Positions 1 to 11,386 of a stretch of 64,000 nt of DNA are shown one piece after another. Position 1 is the stretch's first letter. Every line of letters starts with the position of its first letter. The position numbers and the translations under genes are program-made. The stretch lies in NCBI GenBank assembly GCA_964510095.1, contig CAZEAE010000003.1, positions 12,462 to 76,461 of the forward strand, written 5' to 3'. Below the pieces are notes generated by a model. That model was given only the letters and a program-made list of their open reading frames with translations. It had not been told where the DNA came from and ran no database searches. The stretch is from an uncultured Elusimicrobia bacterium (lineage in GTDB: Bacteria; Elusimicrobiota; Elusimicrobia; UBA1565; UBA9628).

Positions 1-871
1 GGTCCTGCTCCCGGCGCGGCAATGGACGATCCTATCGGTGTTCTTTCGCCTGGTCCTGCGCGGGCTGGGACTGGCCGGCTTCAAAACCACCTTCGGCAGG
101 TTCCTGGCCGCCTACGAGCCCCATCACCCCAAGTACTTCAGGGCGCTGCACCGCCTTTACCGAGACAGCCTGCGGCCCCGCGACGTCTGGGGCCTGCTCG
201 ACAGCCTGGAAGAGCCCCTCCTAGGCGGAGGCGACGCCGTCCTGCTCGGAGGCAAGCGCTTGAGCCTGGACCTGCTGCAGTCGATCGATGAGTTCTACCG
301 CCTCAAGGAAGCCTTGGGGTTCGAGCGTTCGGATGCGCTCGTTTTCTGCGAACTGGGAGCCGGTTATGGCCGGCTGGCCGATGTCGTCCTCTCGGCCATG
401 CCCAACGCCTCTTATCTGATCTTCGACCTTCCCGAGTCGCTGACTTTGTCCCAATACTATCTGACGACCCTGCATCCGGACTGGAAAGCCGCCCTCTATC
501 CGGAGTCCGAAAAAACGCTGTCTTCCGCCAAGGCCCTCTCGGGAACGCGGCTGGCCTTCGGCTTGCCGCATCAGCTGAGCCGCCTGCCCCCCGGCGCCGT
601 CGACGTCTTCATCAACATATACTCCTTCATGGAGATGTCCAGCGCCCAGATCGCCGTTTATTTCGACCTGATCGACAGGCTGAAGACGGGCGCGCTCTTC
701 CTCAAGCAGCACGAGCGCGAGGTCAACGTGCTGGACAAGTCGCTCAACGCTCGGGGCGCCTACCCGCTGCGGCCGGCCTGGAAGCCTCTCTATGAAGGGA
801 CGTCGACGCTCTACGATGACGTCTTCGAGGCCGTTTATCGTTTGGAGCCGTCGGCCCGCTTGCGGGCGTAG
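1..871 (+). CDS. SAM-dependent methyltransferase-like protein; 5' end probably outside window
   Basis: ORF 38..871 begins at GTG but the frame stays open back to nt 2, so the start is likely upstream; Gly-rich SAM-type motif ELGAGYGRLADVVL and acidic LIFDLPES motif typical of class I MTases. Confidence 0.45.
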   Translation, partial: VLLPARQWTILSVFFRLVLRGLGLAGFKTTFGRFLAAYEPHHPKYFRALHRLYRDSLRPRDVWGLLDSLEEPLLGGGDAVLLGGKRLSLDLLQSIDEFYRLKEALGFERSDALVFCELGAGYGRLADVVLSAMPNASYLIFDLPESLTLSQYYLTTLHPDWKAALYPESEKTLSSAKALSGTRLAFGLPHQLSRLPPGAVDVFINIYSFMEMSSAQIAVYFDLIDRLKTGALFLKQHEREVNVLDKSLNARGAYPLRPAWKPLYEGTSTLYDDVFEAVYRLEPSARLRA

Positions 872-1821
872 AGCTCGACGCAGCCCGCCTTCCCGGCCAG
901 GCCCGTCACCAGGCTGAAGAGCGCCGCCCCGGCGGCCAGCGGCGGGCCGGCCAGCAGCAGGACGGCCAAGTCCCAGCCCTCGGCGAAGGTTGCCTTGGGG
1001 CCGGCGGGCTTGAAGCCCTTCAGCGTCCGGTAGAGATGGTTTTTCTCGCGGGTCAGCCCGTTCAAAGCGCTCTGCAGCGCCCCGAACAGGTTGTACTCCC
1101 AGGAGAAGTGGCTGACCCTCTCGGCGCGCAGGCCGCAAGACTCCAGCAGCCGCTCCATCGTCCTCGGGCTGAAATGCGTGATGTGGCGCGGCAGGTCGAG
1201 ATGGAACCAGTCGCCCTTGGACAGCCGGAACTCCAGGCTGTCGATGTTCGGAAAACCCAGAAAGAGCAGCCCGTCGTCCTTAAGCAGGCGGCACGCCTCC
1301 TTTAGATAAGCGCCCGGCTGCGTGATATGCTCGATGGAATGCCAAAGAGTGATGACGTCGAAGTGCGCTTCCGGCAAGCCGCAGGCGGGCAGGGGCTTGT
1401 TGAAGACCTTCAGGCCCGGGCGCTGGGCCGACAGAGCCGACCCCGCCGTCGAGGTCTCCACGCCCCAAGCCTCCCAGCCACGGCGCTGCATGGCGGCCAG
1501 AAAGCCGCCCTCGCCGCAGCCGACGTCCAGGACCCGGCCGGAGGCCTTGCCCCGCGCGATCTTGCCGGTGCGGTACAGGTCGAAGAGCCCGCTGAGCAAG
1601 CCGACCGGCTGCTCCAGCCTCGGGCTGGGTTTTTTATAATATTCGCGGAAGTAGTAACGGTCCTGCTCGGAAAGATCCGGCCGGGGGCTGACGAAGACCA
1701 GCCCGCAGGCGCGGCAGCGGACCATCTGGAAGACCTCGTCGGTCATCCGGTTGGGCTCGGCGCAAGCGTAGAACGGGTCGGTCTCGGTCCCGCCGCAGAC
1801 GGCGCAAGCCGGACGTTCCAT
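835..1821 (-). CDS. class I SAM-dependent methyltransferase with N-terminal Cys4 zinc ribbon and C-terminal hydrophobic tail
   Basis: Real start taken at MERPACAVCGG (ATG 1821..1819) overlapping the stop of the upstream gene (cTGATGg); CAVCGG...CRACG zinc ribbon; VLDVGCGEGGF SAM motif; the longer 473-aa ORF N-extension is R/G-rich junk. Confidence 0.6.
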   Translation of the reverse strand: MERPACAVCGGTETDPFYACAEPNRMTDEVFQMVRCRACGLVFVSPRPDLSEQDRYYFREYYKKPSPRLEQPVGLLSGLFDLYRTGKIARGKASGRVLDVGCGEGGFLAAMQRRGWEAWGVETSTAGSALSAQRPGLKVFNKPLPACGLPEAHFDVITLWHSIEHITQPGAYLKEACRLLKDDGLLFLGFPNIDSLEFRLSKGDWFHLDLPRHITHFSPRTMERLLESCGLRAERVSHFSWEYNLFGALQSALNGLTREKNHLYRTLKGFKPAGPKATFAEGWDLAVLLLAGPPLAAGAALFSLVTGLAGKAGCVELYARKRADGSKR

Positions 1822-3395
1822 CAGAGCTTTTTGGCGGGCCGCAGCAGGACCGCCGACACGGTCGCCGACCGGAACTCCTCGACGGCCGCAAAGCCGAGGA
1901 CCGGCGCCTTTGCATACAGCGCCTTGCGCCAGGCCTCGTCGTAATCCTCGCTGCCGACGCGCAGGGAGGTGACGACGAGCGCGCCCGGCGCCAAGCGCGC
2001 GAAGGCCTTGCGCGCGTCCTCGAGGGTCGCCGTCAGCGCGACGCAGGAGCGCTCGCCATGCCAGGCCACGGTGGCGGGATCGTCGCTGTAGAGCACCTCG
2101 TCGGGCCGCGTCCGGCTCTTGATGAACTCGCCCAAAAGGACCTGGTCGCCGTAAAGGGCGGCGCGGGCCGGCTTGGTCTTCCAGGCCTGCTTGATCTCCA
2201 GCGCCAACGGGCTCAAGAGGACGAAGGCCAGCAGCGGCCCCGCCACCCAGCCCCAAAAAGGGAAGGCCGCGCGATTACGCTCGACAAAACGCCCCAGGCA
2301 GATCGCGGCCATGAGCAGCATCAACGGAGCCAACGGCTGCAGATAGGCGACGCCGCCGTAGCTGACCGCGATGTTGACGGCCAGGACCGGGATCAGGAGG
2401 AACCAGAGCAGCGCCTGGAAGCGCCCCGCCGCCGACCCCCGCCCCACGTCGCTGAGCAGGCCGAAGAACACCAGCGCGGCCGCGTAGGGACCCTTGGCGT
2501 CCTCGATGAACCTGCTGGCCGCATAGAACGGGCCGGTCAGCATCTTCTGGAACACATCTCGAGGATATTGCAGCAAGGCTTGCGGCGTCGTCAGGCTCAG
2601 GAAGGACGTCACGGCGCGCCCGCCCGGGAAGGAGTGCGACCAGTAGAGAAGATAAAACCCGGGAGAATAGAACCATTTTCCCGCAGCCGCATGGTTATAG
2701 AACGCCAGAACGACGAGCGGCGGCGCCGCGCACAGCAGCAGCGCGCCGGCGCGACGCCAACTGCGGCCGTGCAGCCACCAGGCGCCCAGCGCGAAACCCA
2801 GCCAATACGATTGTCCCGCCAAGCGCGTACAGGAGGCCAAGCCCAACAGCAAGCCGGAACAGGCCAGCCACCGGAGCGCGGAGCGCCGCGGCTTGGCCGA
2901 CTCCCAAAGACAGGCGAAGGAGGAAACGACGAGGGCCGTGAACAAGGGGTCGGCCAGCGATTGAGCCTGCCGGTCGAGCCCGAGGGCGCTGGTCCAATAA
3001 AGGCCGGCGCCCAACAAGCCCGCCCGCTCCCCCTCGAGCTCCCGGCCCAGGCGGTAGACCAAAAGCCCGGTCGCCAGCATCAGCGAGAAGCTGTAGGCCA
3101 GCGGGACCCAATCGACGACGCCGAAGAGGCGATAGCCCAGACCGATGACGATCAAAGACAGCGGCCCGTGGAAGAGGAACGGCGCCGGCATCGTCACGCC
3201 CGGCGGAAAATCCGCCAACTGGGCCGTCAACAGGGTCCGGGTCACCAAGCCGCGGCCTAGGGCGAAGTTCCGCGCCGGCTCGAGATACCAGACGGGGTCT
3301 CCGAAGAAGCCGACGAACCAGACTTCGAGGTAAAGCGCCCAGACGCAGACGGCAAAGAGGACGAGCGCCAGCAGCCGGAGCCTAGGGCCGCTCAT
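1821..3395 (-). CDS. polytopic membrane glycosyltransferase, GT-C fold (ArnT/PMT-like, GT39/GT83-type)
   Basis: 524 aa, >10 predicted TM helices, W/L/F-rich, periplasmic C-terminal domain; stop overlaps start of downstream MTase by 4 nt. Confidence 0.5.
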   Translation of the reverse strand: MSGPRLRLLALVLFAVCVWALYLEVWFVGFFGDPVWYLEPARNFALGRGLVTRTLLTAQLADFPPGVTMPAPFLFHGPLSLIVIGLGYRLFGVVDWVPLAYSFSLMLATGLLVYRLGRELEGERAGLLGAGLYWTSALGLDRQAQSLADPLFTALVVSSFACLWESAKPRRSALRWLACSGLLLGLASCTRLAGQSYWLGFALGAWWLHGRSWRRAGALLLCAAPPLVVLAFYNHAAAGKWFYSPGFYLLYWSHSFPGGRAVTSFLSLTTPQALLQYPRDVFQKMLTGPFYAASRFIEDAKGPYAAALVFFGLLSDVGRGSAAGRFQALLWFLLIPVLAVNIAVSYGGVAYLQPLAPLMLLMAAICLGRFVERNRAAFPFWGWVAGPLLAFVLLSPLALEIKQAWKTKPARAALYGDQVLLGEFIKSRTRPDEVLYSDDPATVAWHGERSCVALTATLEDARKAFARLAPGALVVTSLRVGSEDYDEAWRKALYAKAPVLGFAAVEEFRSATVSAVLLRPAKKL

Positions 3396-3398
3396 GGC

Positions 3399-4403
3399 TC
3401 ACTGGACCGTCTTCATCCGCGACGGCGGCCAGTAGATGAACCAGGCCTTGCCCTTGAGGTAGCGCGCTTCCACCGGGCCCCAATAGCGCGAGTCGCAGGA
3501 GCGGTCGCGGTTGTCGCCCATGGCGAAGTAGGCGTCGGGCGGCACGGTGACGGGGCCGAAGAAGTCTCGCTGGACGTCTTGGAGCTCCCGGTCGAGCGCA
3601 TGGCTCTGCCAGAGCTTCTGATACTGCGCCGGCGGCATCATTTTGGCGGCCACCGACTCGGGCTGGCGCTGGTCGCCGTCCAAGTACTGCGCGTAGGGCT
3701 CCTCGGTCAGCGCCTTGTCGTTGAGCAGGACCCGGCCGGCCACGACCTGGACCTTGTCGCCCGGAAGGCCGATGACGCGTTTGATGAAATCCTTGCCGTA
3801 TTGGATGGAGCCGCAGTGGAGCTCCCGGGCGTCATCGGACGGGAACTGGAACACGATCACGTCGCCGCGCGAGACCTTGCGCATCGGCAGCGCCCTCCTG
3901 CCCGCCAGCGGGACCTTCAAGCCGTAGATGAACTTGTTGACGAAGAGATGGTCGCCCTCGAGCAGCGTGCTGCGCATGGAACCCGAAGGGATCTTGAAGG
4001 CCTGCACCACGAAATACATCAGCACCGCCGCCAGGAGCACGGCGGAGAAGACCGTCTCCGCCCACTCCAAGTCCTCGGAGAGGAAATACAGCCGCTTGGA
4101 GGGTTCGCCGCCTCCGGCGTAGCCCCGCCAGAAGCCCAGGACGCCGGCGATGGCGGCCACCAAGAGGCTGGGGTAGACCTCGGCGACGGAGAAAGCGTGG
4201 GCGGCCACGGAGATGTACTTGCTGCGGCTCTCCATGGACATGACGAGCACCAGCGTCACCGAGAAGCCGGAGATAGCGCAGAACAGGCCATGCCAAAGGC
4301 CCGTCTTGACCGGGGTGTCCAAGGCCCCGCTCTTGGACCACTGGCGGCTGAGCCAGGCGTAGGCTCCCATGACGATGCCGACGAAGAAAAGTCTCTGTTC
4401 CAT
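3399..4403 (-). CDS. lepB: signal peptidase I
   Basis: GDNRDRSCDSRYWGPV signature, catalytic Ser (SGSMRSTL) and Lys (KRVIGLPGDKV) boxes; immediately downstream of lepA. Confidence 0.8.
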   Translation of the reverse strand: MEQRLFFVGIVMGAYAWLSRQWSKSGALDTPVKTGLWHGLFCAISGFSVTLVLVMSMESRSKYISVAAHAFSVAEVYPSLLVAAIAGVLGFWRGYAGGGEPSKRLYFLSEDLEWAETVFSAVLLAAVLMYFVVQAFKIPSGSMRSTLLEGDHLFVNKFIYGLKVPLAGRRALPMRKVSRGDVIVFQFPSDDARELHCGSIQYGKDFIKRVIGLPGDKVQVVAGRVLLNDKALTEEPYAQYLDGDQRQPESVAAKMMPPAQYQKLWQSHALDRELQDVQRDFFGPVTVPPDAYFAMGDNRDRSCDSRYWGPVEARYLKGKAWFIYWPPSRMKTVQ

Positions 4404-4409
4404 TCGGGG

Positions 4410-6221
<1,812 letters not shown>

Positions 6222-6222
6222 G

Positions 6223-7944
6223 CTACAGGCCCTGCTCGGTCATCAGGCGGCGGATATCCTCGGAGTCCGAGCTCGTCAGCGCCTTGGCCACCAGCTTCTC
6301 CGCAACGCCGTGCTTGAGGCCCCGGACCACCTGCTTGATGCGCAGGAACATCCGCGGCGACACGGACAGGCTGTCGACGCCGAGGCCGACCAACAGCGGC
6401 ACGGCATGCGGGTCGGAGGTCATCTCGCCGCAGACGCTGACCCACTTGCCCTGCTTGCGGGCCGCCGAGACGGCATGAGAGAGCAGCCGGAGCACCGCCG
6501 GGTGGAACGGGTCGTAAAGATGGGTCACGTGCTCGTTGATGCGGTCGACCGCCAGCGTATATTGGATCAGGTCGTTGGTGCCGATCGAGATGAAATCGAC
6601 CAGCGGAAGGAAGGATTCAAGCATCAAGGCCGCCGAGGGGATCTCCACCATGATGCCGAGCTCCACCTTCGGGACCTCGACGCCCTCGGCCGCCAGCTCG
6701 GAGACGGCCTGGGCCAGCAGCCTCTTGACCCCGTGGATCTCTCCGATGGAGGAGACCATCGGGATGAGCACCTTCACGCTGCCCTTGAGCGAACTGCGCA
6801 GGATGGCGCGCAGCTGGGTCTTGAAGAGGTCGAGGTGCCGCAGGAAGAGCCGAACCCCGCGCAGCCCCATGAAAGGGTTGGTCTCGCTCTTGATGCCTTC
6901 GATGCCCAGCTGGGAGAGCCGGTCGCCGCCGATGTCGGCGGTTCGGATGACCACCGAGCGCGGCTCCATGGCTTTGACGATCGCGCTGTAAGCCTTGGTC
7001 TGCTCCTCCTCGCTGGGCGGAGCCGTCCGGTTGAGGAAAAGATATTCCGTCCGGAACAAGCCTATGCCGTCGGGCTGCAGGGCCAGGATGGCCTTGATCT
7101 CCTCCGGCGCGTCGAGGTTGGCCTCCAGGCTGAAAGACTTGCCGTCGAGCGTGGACGTCGCCACCCCGCGCAGCTGTTCGAGCGCCTTGTCTTCAGCGAG
7201 AGACTTCTGCTGGACGCGCTGATACTTGGCGACGGCCTCGGGGCCCGGGTTGATGATGACCATGCCCTGGTCGCCGTCCAAGATGACCGAATCCCCCGTC
7301 TTGATGCGCCGGCTGACGTCGGACAGGCCCACGACGGCCGGGATCTCCAGGCTCTGGGCGAGGATCGCCGTGTGGCTGGTCTTGCCGCCGAGGTCGGTGG
7401 CAAAACCCAGCACCCGGGTCTCCTTCAAGCCGAGCGTGTCCGAGGGCAGCAGGTTGCGGGCGATCAGGATGCAGTGGTGATCGATGTCGGCCAGGTTGCG
7501 CTTGGTCTGCTTGAGCAGGTGGGACAACAGCCTCTTGCCCACGTCGAAGAGGTCGTGCCGCCGCTCTCGGAAGAACTCGTCCTCCATCTTCTCGAACTGC
7601 TGGTTGACCGCCTCCAGCGCCTCGGAGAGCGCGAACTCGGCGTTGACCCCCTCGGTCAGGATGCGCTGGGGGACGTCGTGGGTGATCAGGGTGTCGCGCA
7701 GGATCAGGCGATGGGCGTCGATGAGCTTGGCGTGCTGCTTGCCCAGGAGCTTGAGGACCTTGGCCTCGGCGGCGTCGAGGTCCCGGTGCGTGGCCTTCTG
7801 CGCGCTCTTGAAGCGCTTGACCTCGGCGCGCAGGAGGTCGCGCGGGATCTCGACCCGGTTGACGACGATCTCCTCGTCCTCGAGGACGTAGGCCTTGCCG
7901 ATGGAGATCCCGGGGCTGGCGGCGATGCCCTTGATGACGATCAT
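6223..7944 (-). CDS. ptsI: phosphoenolpyruvate-protein phosphotransferase (PTS Enzyme I)
   Basis: GGKTSHTAILAQSLEIPAVVG active-site His region, PEP-utilising TIM barrel C-terminus, 573 aa. Confidence 0.9.
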   Translation of the reverse strand: MIVIKGIAASPGISIGKAYVLEDEEIVVNRVEIPRDLLRAEVKRFKSAQKATHRDLDAAEAKVLKLLGKQHAKLIDAHRLILRDTLITHDVPQRILTEGVNAEFALSEALEAVNQQFEKMEDEFFRERRHDLFDVGKRLLSHLLKQTKRNLADIDHHCILIARNLLPSDTLGLKETRVLGFATDLGGKTSHTAILAQSLEIPAVVGLSDVSRRIKTGDSVILDGDQGMVIINPGPEAVAKYQRVQQKSLAEDKALEQLRGVATSTLDGKSFSLEANLDAPEEIKAILALQPDGIGLFRTEYLFLNRTAPPSEEEQTKAYSAIVKAMEPRSVVIRTADIGGDRLSQLGIEGIKSETNPFMGLRGVRLFLRHLDLFKTQLRAILRSSLKGSVKVLIPMVSSIGEIHGVKRLLAQAVSELAAEGVEVPKVELGIMVEIPSAALMLESFLPLVDFISIGTNDLIQYTLAVDRINEHVTHLYDPFHPAVLRLLSHAVSAARKQGKWVSVCGEMTSDPHAVPLLVGLGVDSLSVSPRMFLRIKQVVRGLKHGVAEKLVAKALTSSDSEDIRRLMTEQGL

Positions 7945-7962
7945 GTGGCCGGGCTCCGCGGC

Positions 7963-8229
7963 TCAGTCCTCATCGAACCTCCGCGCGAAGAGCTTCTCAA
8001 GAGCCTCGATGGCCTGTCTTTCGTCGGGGCCGTTGGCCCGGATCACGAGCTTGGACCCGCACTCGGCGGCCAGGAGCATGAGGCCCATCACGCTCTTGCC
8101 GTTGATCTCGACGCCCTCTTTCTTGACCATGATCGAGGACTTGAAGCCCGCGGTCGCCTGCACGAACATCGCGGCGGGCCGAGCGTGGAGGCCGAGCTTC
8201 GGCGTGACGGTCAGGGTCTTCTCGATCAT
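7963..8229 (-). CDS. ptsH: phosphocarrier protein HPr
   Basis: 88-aa protein from MIEKTL; His15 motif GLHARPA and Ser46 motif GKSVMGLM; the 222-aa ORF in the track is an upstream over-extension. Confidence 0.85.
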   Translation of the reverse strand: MIEKTLTVTPKLGLHARPAAMFVQATAGFKSSIMVKKEGVEINGKSVMGLMLLAAECGSKLVIRANGPDERQAIEALEKLFARRFDED

Positions 8230-9011
8230 AGCCAGCCCGCCGCCGCGGCCAGCACGCCGGCCGCGCAGCTGCCGGCGTAGAGCCGGTACGAGGAGACGGG
8301 GATGGCCTTGAAGCCCGCGAAGCTGGCCAGCGCCAGCACCGCGAACAGCCGTCGCTCCGCGGGCGCGCAGCGCAGCAGCAGGGCCGTGGCGGCCAGCGCC
8401 GCGGCCAGCCCGGTCAGCCTCACGGCGCGGATCGCTTGGCGCAGCGGCAGCTCCTTGAGCGCCCCGGCGATCGCCGCGGCCCGCCGGTAGCCGAACCCCA
8501 AGCCTGCCCAGCGCGCGACGAAGACCGGGATGTTGTAGCAGGCCAGGCCGGCGGCCAGCGGCCACGCCAGCGAGCTCGGCCAACCGCGGGGGCTGACGGC
8601 CAGCAGCAGGGCCGCGGCCAGGGCGGCGCACAGCGGCCGCAGGCCATCCCAGAAGAAGGCGTCGCCGAACGCCGCGAGGGTGCAGGAAAGCGCGGTCTTA
8701 AGGGCCTTGAGCCTGGCGATCTTGACGGAACGCTCGGCCGCCGGCGTCTTGGCGGCGTCCTCTTCCAGGGCGCAGACCATGCCGACGATGACCGGAGACA
8801 TATAAGGCTGCGTGTTGAAATATTCCTGGTGACGCGCCAAGGCCCGCCGCCCCTCCTCGGGCTCTCCGCGATAGCAGCGGCGCAGCCAGGGCTGCACGCA
8901 GCAAGCAAACCCCAGGCTCTGCATCCGCTCGAAGCTCCAGCAGGACTGCAGCAGCAGGGATCGAAACATGACATCCAACCGGATGGCCAGCGGCAGGCCT
9001 TGGCCGCTCAT
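8226..9011 (-). CDS. PTS mannose/fructose/sorbose family EIID component
   Basis: HQEYFNTQPY motif, polytopic; start chosen at MSGQGLPL (ATGA overlap with IIC stop); stop overlaps ptsH start (ATGA). Confidence 0.7.
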   Translation of the reverse strand: MSGQGLPLAIRLDVMFRSLLLQSCWSFERMQSLGFACCVQPWLRRCYRGEPEEGRRALARHQEYFNTQPYMSPVIVGMVCALEEDAAKTPAAERSVKIARLKALKTALSCTLAAFGDAFFWDGLRPLCAALAAALLLAVSPRGWPSSLAWPLAAGLACYNIPVFVARWAGLGFGYRRAAAIAGALKELPLRQAIRAVRLTGLAAALAATALLLRCAPAERRLFAVLALASFAGFKAIPVSSYRLYAGSCAAGVLAAAAGWL

Positions 9012-9616
9012 GGTCTGGGCCTCAGCGAGCGGAGCAGGGTGGCACAGGCCAGCCACGGCGCCATGGAGAGACCGAAGCGCAGGCCCGCCTGGATGAAGCT
9101 TGGCAGCAGCGGCCAAGCCCGGTGGAGCAGCGGGCTCAGCGCATAGGCCGCGCCGAGCAGCACCAGCAGCGTGGCCGCGGCCTGGCCGGCCAGAGACAGC
9201 GCCGAAAGCCCCAGATAGGGAGGCTCTTCCCCGCGCAGCAAGCGCTCATCGGCGACCCGGCAAAGCAGCGACCTCCGCTGGCGCTGGTATTCTTCGAGCT
9301 TCTGGTGGACCCAGCCGACGCCAAGGCCGGCGGGCAGGGCGGCTTCCAGCGGCACCGCCCACGGCCCCAGGGTCATCAACAGCGCCGCGGCGGCGGCGAT
9401 GGTGGCGTTGAGAGGAAGATGGCCGCCCACCGGCAGCTCATCGAAGCTCATGAACTCCAGCGGGATGCCGACCATCAGCCCCACGTCCGGCCGCCCGAAG
9501 GCCGCTCCCAGCAAGGGACCGACGACGATCGGCCTTGAGAGCATGAACTGCCCCGCCGAAGCGGCGTCGAGCTCGACAAGGGAAACGGCGCCTGCGGCCG
9601 CGACCACGCTCATCAT
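9008..9616 (-). CDS. PTS mannose family EIIC component
   Basis: hydrophobic 202-aa permease between IIB and IID with ATGA overlaps at both ends. Confidence 0.6.
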   Translation of the reverse strand: MMSVVAAAGAVSLVELDAASAGQFMLSRPIVVGPLLGAAFGRPDVGLMVGIPLEFMSFDELPVGGHLPLNATIAAAAALLMTLGPWAVPLEAALPAGLGVGWVHQKLEEYQRQRRSLLCRVADERLLRGEEPPYLGLSALSLAGQAAATLLVLLGAAYALSPLLHRAWPLLPSFIQAGLRFGLSMAPWLACATLLRSLRPRP

Positions 9617-10116
9617 GCGGCGCCGCCCGGGCCGCCCATCATCCCGATGATATCGACGCCGGCGTCGGAAGGCAAGGCGCGCCCCTCGAGAGCGACCCCG
9701 CGGCGGCTGATGCGCCGCAGCGCGTCCTTATCGTCCTCGCTGAGGAAGATCGCTTTGCCGAGCTGGACGCGGCCCGCCGAGTAATGCAGACCGCCGACGT
9801 TGACGCGGGAGAAGCACGCGCCGTGCTCCAACAGCGACAAGACTTCTTTAGGCCCGGGCGCCAGCACCAGCGTGCGCCGGGCGTCAGCGGGCGCCGCGCT
9901 CAGCTGCCGGGCGGCTTCGGGCACGGGCAGCACGCGAAGCTCGACGGTGTCGGGAACCGCCATCTGCATGAGCGCGACGGCGGTCTCGTCCTGCGCGGCG
10001 GCGTCGGAGGCGACCAGGACGACCTCGGCACGCACATGCGGGATCCAGGACAAGACGACCTGCCCATGGATCAGGCGGTCGTCGATGCGCACGAGGGTGA
10101 TCTGCACCCCGCTCAC
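9613..10116 (-). CDS. PTS mannose family EIIB component
   Basis: VRIDDRLIHGQVV phospho-His motif; probable GTG start overlapping IIA stop (GTGA). Confidence 0.7.
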   Translation of the reverse strand: MSGVQITLVRIDDRLIHGQVVLSWIPHVRAEVVLVASDAAAQDETAVALMQMAVPDTVELRVLPVPEAARQLSAAPADARRTLVLAPGPKEVLSLLEHGACFSRVNVGGLHYSAGRVQLGKAIFLSEDDKDALRRISRRGVALEGRALPSDAGVDIIGMMGGPGGAA

Positions 10117-10526
10117 CTGACCCGCGTCAGAAACATCTGCCGGATGTCGCGGATCGACCTCTGGCCGTCGGCGATGATCTTCTCGACGAGCCGGTCCAGG
10201 GGCAGGTCTTCTCGGTGGCTGAAGGCGCAAACGAGCATGTACAGGTTGACCCCGCTGATCATCTCCGCCTTCGGCACGTCCTTGAGCAGGGGGAACGACA
10301 GGTTGCCGGGGGTGCCTCCGGGCATGTCGCAGAATAGGACGAGCCCTTCGGGGCTCGCGAGCTCCTCGATCGCCATTCGGATGCGTCCCTTGATCTCCGG
10401 TACGCTCAGGCGCGAAGAGATGGCCACCACGCGCACGCCGCGAGCCTGCCGACCGACTATGGATTCGGCGGCTTCGACGAGGTAGGCCCCGAACTCCCCG
10501 TGGGTGACGACGATGAAATTGATCAA
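10113..10526 (-). CDS. PTS mannose family EIIA component
   Basis: MINFIVVTHGEFG N-terminal His10 motif, 137 aa. Confidence 0.7.
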   Translation of the reverse strand: MINFIVVTHGEFGAYLVEAAESIVGRQARGVRVVAISSRLSVPEIKGRIRMAIEELASPEGLVLFCDMPGGTPGNLSFPLLKDVPKAEMISGVNLYMLVCAFSHREDLPLDRLVEKIIADGQRSIRDIRQMFLTRVR

Positions 10527-11386
10527 TTGGCTATGTCGCGATGGAATTCTTGGATCGGATGTCCGCTGCCGCGCAGCTTATGCGCCAGATGGCGCGTGAT
10601 GAAGACGCTGCGGTGCCGCCCTCCCGTGCAGCCGACGGCGATCGTCAGGTAGGACTTGCCCTCCTTCACGTAGTGAGGCAGGAGGCTCGTGATGAGCTTA
10701 AGGTACTCTTCGATGAATTTCTTCGCCGGCGGCTGGGCCAAGATATAGCGGCCCACGCTGCCGTGCAGCCCGGTGAGCCCGCGCAACTTGGTCACGTAGT
10801 TGGGGTTAGGCAGGAAGCGCACGTCCATGACGATGTCGGCGTCCATCGGCAGACCGTACTTATAGCCGAATGAAAGGATCGAGAGGGTCATCTCGCGGGT
10901 GCGCGTCAACTCGAGCGTCTCGGAGAGCCTCTCCTTGAGCTCTCCTAGGGTCATCGACGTCGTGTCGATGACTTTGTCGGCGATCTCCTTGAGGGGCAAC
11001 AGCCGCTTGCGCTCTTCGCGGATGGCATCGTCTATCTTGCGGTCGCCCAGCGGATGGCGGTGCCTGGTCTCCGAGAAGCGGTGGATGACGGCGGAATCGG
11101 CGGCATCGAGGAACAGGATACGGTAGTCGACCCCGCGCGCCTTGATGCGCTTGAGGATCGCCGGCAAGCCCGCCAGCAGCTTGCCTTCGCGGATATCCAT
11201 GCCTAGGGCGACCCGGTTGAGATGAGGGGACTTCACCAGCATATCGGCGAAGTGGTCCATCAGCGAGATCGGCAGATTGTCGACGCAAAAATAACCGAAG
11301 TCCTCGAAAGCCTTGAGCGCCTGGCTCTTTCCGGCCCCGGAGATCCCCGTGATGACGAAGATCTTGCGCGCGCGGGAGCGGCTCAT
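10523..11386 (-). CDS. rapZ: RNase adapter protein RapZ (YhbJ), P-loop NTPase
   Basis: Start at MSRSRARKIFVITGISGAGKS (Walker A); 288 aa; C-terminal GCTGGRHRSV motif; the ORF-track N-extension is not used. Confidence 0.85.
   Translation of the reverse strand: MSRSRARKIFVITGISGAGKSQALKAFEDFGYFCVDNLPISLMDHFADMLVKSPHLNRVALGMDIREGKLLAGLPAILKRIKARGVDYRILFLDAADSAVIHRFSETRHRHPLGDRKIDDAIREERKRLLPLKEIADKVIDTTSMTLGELKERLSETLELTRTREMTLSILSFGYKYGLPMDADIVMDVRFLPNPNYVTKLRGLTGLHGSVGRYILAQPPAKKFIEEYLKLITSLLPHYVKEGKSYLTIAVGCTGGRHRSVFITRHLAHKLRGSGHPIQEFHRDIAN

Noticed and set aside
7963-8631. 222-aa ORF in the track covering ptsH
   Set aside because: Only the last 88 aa (from MIEKTL) are HPr. The upstream 134 aa are Arg/Gly/Ala-rich and overlap the EIID gene in another frame.
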